Assembly (NCBI RefSeq): GCF_000737315.1
Contig: NZ_JMCB01000001.1
Span: 20,001-268,000 of the forward strand
Reading direction: 5' to 3'
Length of the DNA: 248,000 nt
Source of the DNA: Hyalangium minutum
GTDB taxonomy: Bacteria > Myxococcota > Myxococcia > Myxococcales > Myxococcaceae
A program made the position numbers and the translations under genes. Positions 89,692 to 101,600 of the stretch are shown here, in pieces (position 1 is the first letter of the stretch; each line of letters opens with the position of its first letter). The notes beneath the pieces are model-generated. The model was given only the letters and a program-made list of their open reading frames with translations, was not told the DNA's origin and ran no database searches.

Positions 89692-92600
89692 ATGTCCCCC
89701 GCATCGACGCTGAACGAGGTGCGCTTCACTCGAGGTGAATTGGAGCAGTTCTGCCAAGCCAGCCTCGACACGAATCCCCTCCACCTCTCCGACGACTACG
89801 CGCGCAAGAGCCCCTACGGCGCGCGAATCGTTCACGGCATTCTTGGCGCGCTGACCCTCTTGGGGCGGCTGAGAGAGCGGCCCCAGCAGCGACTGGCGCG
89901 GCTGGAACTTCGCTTCCTGAATCCGCTCTTTCTGGATCAGCCCTATAGGCTCTCTATCCAGGAGCCCACGCCAGACAAGACCCTGGCCACCCTCTTTGAC
90001 GGAGGCCGAGAGCTGCTCCAGTTGGTGGCGCACTTCCACACGGGCCCGCTCGCTCGTCCTCCCGCAGCTGACACTCCAGCACGGGCACCGCGCGAACAGC
90101 CTGCAGAGCTCGGACTCGAGGATCTCCGTGCAGGCCAACTCCTTGAAGAGGACTACTCACCACGTTGGTCGGTACTGACCGACCTGATACATCAGTTGGG
90201 TGTCACAGGCAAGGGCGTCGATGTGCAGCAGGCGGCGGTGCTGGCCTGGAGCAGCTATCTGATCGGCATGGAGGTACCGGGCCGGCAGGCCCTCTACTCG
90301 CGGCTGGATGCAGACTTCGACGCGGTGGCGGGTGAGGCGTCGTCTCTCCACTGCCGGACGGAGGTCCAGTCCGTGGAGAAGCAGTTCGGCCTGGTGCGGC
90401 TGCGTGCCAGGGTCGGCGCCGGGACCCCGATCGCCTCGCTGGAGTTGCGCGCCTTCGTCCGGCCAGAGCTACCACCGTCCTCGGTGGAGCTCCTCACCCG
90501 CCTGCAGCCGGAGTCGCGGGTGCTGGCCGGCAAGGTGGCGCTGGTGATCGGCGGCAGCCGGGGGCTGGGCGCCGCGCTCGTCCAAGCGCTGGCGCTCCAG
90601 GGCTGCACCGTCTACCTCAACTACCTCAAGAGCGAGCGAGAGGCGGCAGCCGTCCGGGACGCACTGGGAGCACGGGCGAGCGCGGTGCACCTGCTCCAGG
90701 GAGATGGCAGCGATCTGGAGTGGTGCCAGCGGGCCCAGGCGGAGATCCTTGGACGCCACGGGCGCCTGGACCTTCTGCTCTGCAACGCGTGTCTCCCCTT
90801 GCAGCCGCTGCGTGTGGAGCCGGATCCCACCTCGCGCCTCACCGAGTACGTGCGCAAGAGCCTGGCGCTGGTTCACGCGCCCCTCTCGTGCTTCTTGGAG
90901 GAGCTCGCCCGGCAGAAGGGGCAGGCCGTCGTCCTCTCCTCGTCCGCGGTTCGGGAGCCGCTCGCGGGCTGGCCCCACTACGTGAGCGCCAAGTGCGCCA
91001 TCGAAGGGCTGGCGCGCACCGCAGCCCTCGAGTACCCCCAGGTCTCCGTCATCGTGGCACGCCCGCCCCGCCTGCTGACGGAGCTCACGAATACGCCGCT
91101 CGGCAATGACAGCGCGCTGCGCCCGGAGGCAGTGGCCACCTCCCTGGTGCGCAGCCTGCTCACGGCGCCCTCCACCGGCCAGGTGGTGATGCTCGAGGAC
91201 TTCACGGACACGGCCTCTGTCAGACCGCCCACGGAGGCTCCTCCCCCGGCGCAGGAGCAAGCCGCGCCACAAGAGAAGGCCGCATCACAGGAGAAGGCCG
91301 TGCCACAGGAGCAGAAGACTGCCCCCCGCCGCAAGCTGGCCATCGCCGCCACCTTTACCGCAGAGCCCCTCCAGGAGAGCCTGGAGTTCTGGGGCGAAGA
91401 GCTGAAGCTCGGCCTGGAGGTCGAGTTCGCCCCCTACAACCAGATCTTCCAGGAGCTGCTGGCCCCCTCAAGCCTGCTCAGCGGCAACGCGGAGGGCCTC
91501 AACGTGCTGCTGCTGCGCCCCGAGGACTGGGTGCACTACGAGCACGCGGACGGCAGAGACGATCACGGCCCCGCCCACCCCGCCGAGCGCGACTTCGCCA
91601 CCTTCTCCCAGAAGGTGGAGCGCAGCACGGGGGACCTGATCGCGGCGGTGAAGACCCACAAGGCCCGGAGCAAAGCCCCCTTGTTGGTGTGCCTGTGTCC
91701 ATCCACCCCGGAGCTGCTGCGGCACAAGGGCTACGCCCTCTTCCTGCGCCGGATCGAGGAGCGGCTCGAGCGCGAACTCAAGGCCCAACCCGGGACGTAC
91801 GTCCTCCAGGCGGCTGCGTTCGCGGAGCAGTACCCTGTCTCCCAGTACCACGATGAGGTGCGCGACCAGATGGGGCACATCCCCTACACGCCCGCGTACT
91901 TCAGCGTGCTGGGGACCCTCGTCACCCGCGCGCTCCACAGCATCCTCACCCCTCCCTTCAAGGTCATCGTCCTCGATTGCGACAACACCCTGTGGAAGGG
92001 CGTGTGCGGCGAGGATGGGCCGCAGGGCGTAGACATCTCCCCCAGCTACCGCTACCTGCAGGAGCAGATGGTGCGGCAGCAGGCGCAGGGGATGATCCTC
92101 TGCCTCTGCAGCAAGAACGTGGAGAGCGACGTCATCGAGGTGTTCAAGCAGCGCCCGGAGATGGCGCTCAAGCTGGAGCACATCACCACCCACCGCATCA
92201 ACTGGCTGCCCAAGTCGCAGAATCTGCGCTCGCTGGCGGAGGAGCTCAACGTCGGGTTGGACAGCTTCATCTTCCTGGACGACAACCCGGTGGAGATCGC
92301 CGAGGTGAAGGCGGCCTGCCCGCAGGTGCTGGCGCTGACGGTGCCCAAGGAGGCCGAAGCCCTGCCCACCCTGGTCGACCACATCTGGGCCTTTGATCGG
92401 CTGGTCGTCACCGAGGAGGACAAGAAGCGCACGCAGATGTACCGCCAGAACAAGGAGCGGGACACTTACCAACAGTCCGCTACCAGCTTTGGCGAGTTCC
92501 TCCACGGGCTGGGCCTGGACATCCGCATCACCGAGATGACAGCCGCGCAGCGTCCCCGCGTGTCGCAGCTCACCCAGCGCACCAACCAGTTCAACTTCAC

Positions 92601-95600
92601 CACGGTGCGGCGCTCCGAGGCGGAACTCCAGCAACTGGTGGACGCCGGGACGCACCAGATCTGGACCACGCAGGTGAGTGATCGCTTCGGAGACTACGGC
92701 CTGGTGGGCGTGGTGATCAGCCGGCGCGATGCCGACCGCATCTCGGTGGACTCGTTCATGCTCAGCTGCCGGGTGCTGGGCCGGGGCGTGGAGCATGCCA
92801 TGCTCGCGCGCCTGGGCCAGCTCGCCCTGGACTCGGGCCTGGAGTGGGTGGAGGCCACCTTCACTCCCACCGCCAAGAACCCTCCCGCGCTCCGCTTCCT
92901 GGAGGCGGCTGGGTCGCAGTTCCGGCAGGAGGCCGAGGGCCGCAGCATCTTCCGCTTCCCCGCGCAGTACGCGGCCACGGTCACCTTCTCTCCCGACAAG
93001 GTGGACCAGCAGGACCTGGAGCTCGCCGCCAACGCCGACAAGGGCGGCAAGCCGACAGCTCCCGCCTCCATGGATGCCTCGCGGCTGGAGCGGCTCGAGC
93101 GCATCACCCGAGAGCTGTCCGAGCCCCGGCGCATCCATGAGCGCGTCAGCGCCTACCACGCCGCCCGGCGGGCGGGGCCGCTCCCCGCCCCTGAGGTCCG
93201 GCCCACCGAGCCCGCCATGAGTGCGGCGGCGGCTCCCCCATCGAATGCTCCGAGCGCTCCGAGTGCGCCTGGAGAGCCGGACGAGGCGGCGCTGTTGCGC
93301 GCCACCGTGGACTTCCTGCAGGGCATCTTCGGCCGGTTCCTCAGCGCCGCACGGACAGGGGTGAAGCTCGATACGCACTTCGAGGCGCTCGGGCTCACGT
93401 CCTTCTCGATCATCGACATCACCGTCGCGCTCGAGGACGAGCTGGGCAGCCTGCCCAAAACATTGCTCTTCGAGCACAAGACGCTGGGTAGCCTCGCGCG
93501 CTACCTCTTCACGGAGCGTCGGGCTGACCTGCTGCGGAAGGTAAAACCCACCGCCGCGCCCGCTGCCGTGCCCGTGCCCGTGCCCGCTCTCATGCCCACG
93601 GCCTCCCTGGAGCGGCCTCATTCCCAGGAAACAGCCTCCGGCCCCTCTTCGAAGACAGACATCGCGATCATCGGCATCTCGGGCCGCTACCCTCAGGCAC
93701 GCAACCTCCACGAGTTCTGGGAGAGCCTGCGCGCAGGCCGGAGCAACATCACCGAGGTCCCGGCGGATCGCTGGGAACACTCGCGCTTCTACGATCCGAG
93801 CGGCAAGAAGCGCGACAAGAGCTACACGAAGTGGGGCGGCTTCGTTGAAGGTGTCGGCGAGTTCGACTCGCTCTTCTTCAACATCTCCCCCAAAGAAGCT
93901 GAGCAGATGGACCCCCAGCAGCGGCTCTTCCTGGAGGTCGTCTACGAGGCTGTCGAGGACGCGGGCTACACCCGCCGGACCCTGGGCCGGAATGTCGGCG
94001 TGTACGCCGGGGTGATGGCCAACAACTACCTGCTCTTCAGCGCCGAGGCCGCGCTCGCGGGCCACAGCCCGTACCCCTACGCAGACAACTACCAGGTCGC
94101 CAACCGCATCTCGTACTTCTTCGACTTCAGCGGCCCCAGCCTGTCCATTGACACGGCGTGCTCCGCCTCGGGCGTGGCCCTGCACACCGCCTGTGAGGCC
94201 CTGCGCTCCGGCGCGTGCAGCGTGGCCATCGCGGGTGGCGTCAACCTGATCCTCCACCCGTACCGCTCCGTTCAGTACTCGCAGATGACGATGCTCTCGC
94301 GAGACGAGCGCTGCCGCGCGTTCGGCAGCGACGCGCAGGGCTTCGTCATGGGCGAGGGCGTGGGCGCCGTGCTCCTCAAGCCGTTGGCTCAGGCCCTGAA
94401 GGATGGGGACCATATCTACGGCCTCATCAAGGGCAGCGCCGTCAACCATGGTGGCAGAACGAGCGGCTTCACCGTGCCCAACCCGACGGCCCAGGGCGAG
94501 CTGGTGGCCGAGGCATTGAAGCGCGGAGGCGTGGACGCACGCTCCATCAGCTACGTCGAGGCGCACGGCACAGGCACGCCGCTGGGAGACCCGATCGAGG
94601 TCCGAGGCCTCACCGCCGCCTTCCGGCAGGACACTGCCGACACGGGGTTCTGCGCCATCGGCAGTGTGAAGCCCAACATCGGCCACCTGGAGCCCGCGGC
94701 CGCCATCGCCGGACTCACCAAGGTACTGCTGCAGATGCGCCATGGCACCCTGGTGCCCTCGCTCAACTCCGAGCAGCTCAACCCCTACATCGACTTCGAG
94801 AGCTCGCCCTTCCGTGTCCAGCGCGAGCGGGCGGAGTGGAAGCGCCCGCGCTGGAAGCGCCAGGGCGTCACCGTCGAAGCACCGCGCCGGGCCGGCCTGA
94901 GCTCGTTTGGGGCGGGCGGCGTCAACGCGCACCTCGTGGTGGAGGAGTATGTCCACGAGCCGACTTCCGCGACGCAGGGCCCGCAGCTCATCGTCCTCTC
95001 CGCGAAGAACGCGGAGCGGCTGCGCGAGAGCCTGGAGCGGCTTCAGCGCGCCCTCACCCACCCGCCGCAGGCTCCCGCGCACCTGCGCCCGAGCCTCGGC
95101 GATATCGCCTACACGCTGCAGGTGGGCCGTGAGTCCTTCGAGGAGCGCGTGGCGCTCATCGTACAGGACCTCGAGGAGCTCTCGCGGAAGCTGGAGAAGC
95201 TGGCCGTGGGCGAGAAGGGCGTCGAGGGTGTCTTCACCGGCAACATCAAGAACCGCGGCGCTGTGGACACGCTCGGTGAGGGCGAGGAGGCACTCGCATT
95301 CACCCAGGCCCTGATCCGCAACGGCCGGCTCGACAAGCTGGCGCAGCTCTGGACGCAGGGGGCGGAGCTCCCCTGGGAGCAGCTCCACGCGGGGCAGAAG
95401 CGTCGCCGGGTCCCCCTCCCCACCTACCCCTTCGCGCGCACCCGTCATTGGCTGCCCGAGAGCGGGCTGCTCTCGGGCCCACGTCCGGTGGAGCCCCGTG
95501 AGGCGCGGCTGGCCCCCACCCGGCCTCACCCGATGATCGACCGTGAGCGCTCCTCGCCCGAGGGGCAGCGCTTCGAGACGCGCTGGGATGGGAGCGAGTT

Positions 95601-98600
95601 CTACCTGAGGGATCACGTCGTGGCGGCGCGGAAGACGCTGCCAGGTGTGGCCTACCTGGAGCTGGCGCGGGCCGCGGGTGCGCTCGCCCGTGGCGCGGGC
95701 GTGGCACGGCTGCGGGCCATGGTGTGGTCCCAGCCCATCCTCGTGCCCGGCGCGCCCGTGGAGGCGCAGGTCGCTCTCCATGCAGTGAAGCACGGCACCG
95801 ACGTCACCATCAGCACCGGCACCTCGGATGGCAACCGCGTGGTCCACGCGCGGTGCCGCCTGGGAGACGAGCACCTCGAGGCCCTCTCCGCTCCGCCCCT
95901 GTTGGACCTGGAGTCCCTGCGCCAGCGCTGCACGCACCGCAAGAGCCAGGAACAGGTCTACGCGGACTTCATCGCCCAGGGCTTCACGTACGGGCCCACC
96001 TTCCAGGCCGTCGTGGAGCATCTGAGTTCGGAGAGCGAGGCCCTCTCGCTGCTGGAGCTGCCGGCCACGGCGGGAGAGCCGGACCACTTCGGGCTCCACC
96101 CCTCGCTGCTGGACGGTGCGCTCCAGACGATCATCGCCAAGGTCCGCGGGAACGAGACGTACCTGCCCTTCGCCCTGGACGAGCTGACCCAGTACGGCCC
96201 GCTGCCCCGGCGGTGCCATGCCTACGTGCGCTTCGAGCGCGAGGACGCCGAGCAGCTGCGCTGCAACGTCCGGCTGCTCGACGAAACGGGCCGGACGCTC
96301 GTGGCGCTCGACGGCCTCACCCTGCGGGCCTTGAAGCCGAAGAGTGTCGAGACCGCTCCTTCGGGGGCCCCCCTCTACCGCCCCGTGTGGGAGCGCGTGA
96401 GCGCGCCTGCCTTCGAGCTGCCTTCGCGGGACACCACCTTCCTGCTCTTCGACGAGGGTGAGGAGCGCTTCCAGGCGTGGACACGGTTCCTCGGCGAGCG
96501 CGGCTTGCCCGCCGAGAGCGTGCACCTGGCCACGCCCGGCCCGCGCTACGCGGCGCTGGGTGGGCAGCGCTACCAGCTCCGCCCGGAGGAGCCAGCCGAC
96601 CACCTCGCGCTCCTCCAGGCGCTGCCGGGAGCAGGGCCTCTCGTGGTGCTCCACGCCTGGCGGCCCCGCGAGCAGGAGCCCACCTCGCCCTTGCAAGGCG
96701 CGGGGCTCGGCTCACTGCTGGCCACCAGCCAAGCGCTGCTCACGCTGAAACAGCGGCCGGAGCTCCGGCTGCTGGCCCTCTGCGCCACGGACGAGGACTC
96801 GCCCCTGTCCGCCGCCGTGGGCGGCTTCATCCGCTCCCTGGCGCAGGAGAGCACCCGCCTCCAGCCCCGAGCCATCCAGCTCGCGGACCCGGCCATCGCG
96901 TCCGATGTGGGCCGGCTCCTGGGTGAGCTGCGCGCCGGAGGGGAGCTGGAGGTGCGCCTGGACGCGTCGGGCCGCCTCGTGCGCCGCTTCCAGCGTGCCA
97001 CGTCCCCGGTGACGAGCCGCTCCGTCCTTCGTGAGAAGGGCGTCTACCTCATCACCGGAGGCATGGGAGGCTTGGGGCTGATCTTCGCGCGGCACCTGGT
97101 GGAGCGCTACCGCGCCTCGGTGGTGCTGACCGGCCGCTCCGCCCTGCGCGAGGAGCAGCAGCGCACGCTGGAGTCACTCCAGGCCCAGGGCGCCCAGCTG
97201 CTCTACCTCCGCGCCGACATCACCCAAGCCGCGGACATCGACTGGATGATGCGCGAGGTCCGCGCCCGCTTCGGGCACCTCCACGGGGTCCTCCACTCCG
97301 CCGGTGTCATCGAGGACGCCTACCTGTCTCAGAAGTCCCGAGAGTCGTTCGCGCGGGTGCTTGCGCCCAAGCTGGCGGGGACCTGGCTGCTGGACCTCGC
97401 CACCGCGCGGGAGCCGCTGGACTTCTTCGTGACGTTCTCCTCGGTGGCCTCGGTGTTCGGCAGCGCGGGCCAGACGGACTACGCCACCGCCAACCGCTTC
97501 CTGGATGCGCAGGCCACCTCCCGCGCGGCGCTCGTCCGGGCGGGCCAGCGCAGCGGCGTCACGCTGTCGCTCAACTGGCCCCTCTGGCAGGAGGGCGGAA
97601 TGCGCGTGGGCGCCGACGTGGTGGAGCTCACCGCCCGCACCACGGGACTGAGGCCCCTGGCCACCGCCACGGGCCTCCAGGCCTTCGAGGAGGCCCTCCG
97701 CCTGGGAGAGCCTCAGCTCGCCGTACTCCATGGAGATCGTGCGCGCATCGAGCAGGCGCTGGAGCCCGGTGCGGGTGCCACGCGCGCCCTGGAGCCCACG
97801 CCAGCCGGAAACCTCCCGGTCTTCGTGCCCCCGGCCGGCGCGGCCCACCCGGCCCGGCTCTCGCACGAGGAGCTCCTCCGCAGGCTCCAGGACTTCCTGC
97901 TTCGCAAGTCCTCCGAGCTGCTCAAGGTCAACGTCGCCGACATCGATCCCGACGATGACATGAGCGACTACGGCTTCGACTCGATCTCCCTGACCGAGCT
98001 GGCCAACGCGCTCAACGAGACCTTCGATCTGGCGCTCACGCCGGTGGTCTTCTTCGAGAACCCCGCCATCAGTGGCCTCGCCCGCTTCCTGATGGAGCGG
98101 CACCGCGACGCCTTCGCCGCGCACTACGATGCCGAGGCCCACGCGGCTGCTGGCCTGGCCGCCGCGCCGGCACCTGCCGCCGCGGCCGAGCCTGCTCCTC
98201 TCCTCGCCTCCGCGCCCATGCCCGCACCGCGGCCCTTGCAAGCCGAGCCGAGGCCGAGCGTCCTCACCGCTCCGAGCGCCCGCCTCTCTCAAGAGGCCCG
98301 CCCGGCGACGGCGGAGCCCATCGCCATCATCGGCATGGCGGGAGTCTTCCCGCAGTCACCGGACCTGGAGACGTTCTGGAAGAACCTGCTGGCGGGCAAG
98401 GATCTGATCCGCGAGGTCCCAGAGGAGCGCTGGGATTGGAAGGCCTGGTACGGCGACCCGAAGCGCGAGCCCAACAAGACGACGTGCAAGTGGGGTGGCT
98501 TCATCGATGAGGTGGATGCCTTCGACGCGCTCTTCTTCAACATCTCGCCGCGCGAGGCGCAGTTCATGGATCCGCAGCAGCGGATCTTCCTCGAGACAGC

Positions 98601-101600
98601 GTGGCGTGCCATCGAAGACGCGGGCTACAGCCCGCAGCGCCTGTCCGGCTCGGCCACGGGCGTGTTCACGGGCGTGACGCTGCACGACTACCTCGAGCTC
98701 ATCCAGCAGTCGGGCCTGGACATCGTCGCCCACACCTCCACGGGCAACGTCCACAGCATCGTCCCCAACCGGCTCAGCTACCTGCTGAACCTGCGCGGCC
98801 CGAGCGAGCCCATCGACACCGCGTGCTCCAGCTCCCTGGTGGCACTGCACCGGGCGGTGCGGGCGCTGCAGGCGGGGGACTGCGAGCTGGCCATTGCCGG
98901 CGGCATCAACGTGCTGCTGTCGCCCACCATGTTCGTCTCGTTCAGCAAGGCGGGCATGCTGGCCAGCGACGGCCGCTGCAAGACGTTCGACGCGCGCGCG
99001 GATGGCTACGTCCGCGGCGAGGGAGCGGGCGTGGTGCTGCTCAAGCCTCTGAGCAAGGCCGAGGCGGATGGAGACACCATCCACGCCATCATCCGAGGCA
99101 CGGCCGTCAACCACGGCGGCCATGCCCACTCGCTCACCGCGCCCAACCCCAACGCCCAGGCGGAGCTGCTCGTCACCGCCCATGAGCGCGCGGGGTTCTC
99201 CCCCGACACCGTGGGCTATATCGAGACGCACGGCACGGGCACGGAGCTGGGAGACCCCATCGAAATCGAGGGCCTGAAGAAGGCCTTCAGCCAGCTGGCC
99301 GAGCGGCGAGGCCTGCCGGGCTGGAACGGCGCCACCTGCGGGCTCGGCGCTGTGAAGACCAACGTGGGCCACCTGGAGTGCGCCTCCGGAATGGCGGGGC
99401 TCCTCAAGACGCTGCTGGCCATGCGGCACCGAATGCTGCCGCCGAACCTTCACTTCGAGCAGCTCAACCCCTACATCGACTTGAAGGGCAGCCCCTTCTA
99501 CGTCGTCGACACGCCGCGCGCCTGGGAGCCGCTGAAGGATCGCCACGGCCAGCCCCTGCCGCTGCGAGCGGGCATCAGCTCGTTCGGCTTCGGTGGGGTC
99601 AACGCCCACGTCGTCATCGAGGAGTATGTGCCTCGCCCACGGCCGCCGGCGGAGGCGGCACCTCAGCTCTTCATCCTCTCCGCGCGAGAGGGCGAGCGCC
99701 TCAAGGAGTACGCGCGCCGGCTGCGGGACTCCGTCGCCGCCCGCCTCGATCGCAAGGACGAGCAGGTCTCCCTGGCGGACATGGCCTACACGCTGCAGGT
99801 GGGCCGCGATGTCATGGACACGCGGCTGGCCATCATCGCGCAGAGCGAGCAGGAGCTCGTCGCCCGGCTGGACGCCTTCCTCGCGGACAAGGCGGCTCCA
99901 GACGCCGTCTTCACGGGCCAGCGTCCCGCGCGCAAGCAGGCCTCCGCGCTCGTCTTCGGCGATGACGAGGATGACAAGGCCTACCTGCGCTCGCTGCTGG
100001 GCAAGGGCAAGCTGGCGAAGCTGGCCTCGCTCTGGGTGCAGGGCCAGGAGCTCGACTGGACTTTCCTCCACGAAGGGCGCCTGCGGCGTCGCGTCGAGTT
100101 GCCCACCTACCCGTTCGCTCGCGAGAAGCACTGGCTCCCGCGGGTGCGGCCAGTCGAAGGCACTCCCACGCTCACCCGGGCCGCCCCCGTGGCCCAAGCT
100201 CCAGCGCCCCAGGCTCCTGCGCCTCAAGCTCCCGCGCCGGCGGAGGTGCCCACGCCCCCGCCCGGGGAGAAGCTCCTGCTCGTCAAGCGCTGGCGGCCCG
100301 CTCCTGCCCCCGTGACAGCGCCCACGCTGCGCGGCATGTACTTGGTGCTCCTCAATGGCGAGGGTGCCATCGATGTCCTCAAGGATCTCGGCTCGCAGCC
100401 GGAGTGCCAGTGGATCGCAATCAAGGGCGCCAGTGGGCTCCCCCGGCTCACCGCGCGGGAGTACGAGCTCGACTTCTCGGATGGCGAGCAGGGCACCCGG
100501 CTCATCACGGAGTTGCTCTCCCGCCACCCGCAAGTGAATGGGCTGGTCGATCTGTCGGACGTGTACGCCGCCCCACGCGTCAGCCCGGATCGGGACGCGG
100601 GCAAGGTGGCCGTGCTCCAGGGGCTGCTGCGGCACACCGGCCAGGCGCCGCTGCGCATCCTGCACTTCACCCACGGGCTCGTCCCCTTCGAGAACACCGT
100701 CCCGACGCTCGCGGGGGCCACGGTGGCTGGCATCGTCCGGATGCTGGGCGCCGAGTACGGGCGCGTCCGAGCCGTCACGGTCGATGTGGATCTGAGCTGT
100801 GACCGCTCCGAGGAGTTGCTAGCCCTGGTGGCTGCCGAGGCCTCGGCTGACACGGGCATGGGCGAGGTCTGCTACCGCAAGGGCACCCGGTACCTCCCGT
100901 ACCTCGAGGAGGTGGCAGTGAGCGCTCCCGGAGAGGCCACGCGGCTAGGGCCCTTCCCGGTGGACCCGGCGCGGACCTACGTCATCACCGGAGGCACAGG
101001 GGGGCTCGGCTTCGAGGCGGCCCGGACGCTGGTGGCCAAGGGCGCCCGGCGCCTGGCGCTCCTGGGCGCCCGGACGCTGCCACCGCGGGACTCCTGGTCG
101101 AGCCTGCTCGCCTCCAGCAGCACGGAGCAGGACGTGGCGACCCGCGTCCGCCGGGTGCTGGAACTGGAGCAGGCGGGCGCGCAAGTGGCCCTCTACCATG
101201 GCCCGCTCAGCGATGAGCCGAGGCTCGCCGCCTTCTTCAGCGACACCCGGAAGCGGCTGGGCGCCATCGCTGGCGTCATCCACTGCGCAGGCATCGTCTC
101301 GCAGCGCCCGCCCTCCTTCTCGCAGAAGGGCCTCGAGGACATGCGGCGCGTCTGGGAGCCCAAGGTCCGAGGACTGATCGTCCTGAGCGGGGTGCTCAAG
101401 GCCGACACGCCGGACTTCTTCCTCCTCTACTCGTCCGTCTCCGCGGTGGTGCCCTCGCTGGCGGTGGGGATGGCCGATTACGCCAGCGCGAATGGCTTCC
101501 TGGACGCCTTCGCGGCGTACCAGGCGGGCAAGAGCCGCACGCGCTTCCTGGCGCTGAACTGGCCCAGCTGGAAGGACACGGGAATGGGGGAGATCAGCAG

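Noticed and set aside
91468-96696. 1742-aa minus-strand ORF, and similar long ORFs opposite the PKS, UvrA, TonB-receptor and NRPS genes
   Set aside because: Antisense shadows of well-supported genes
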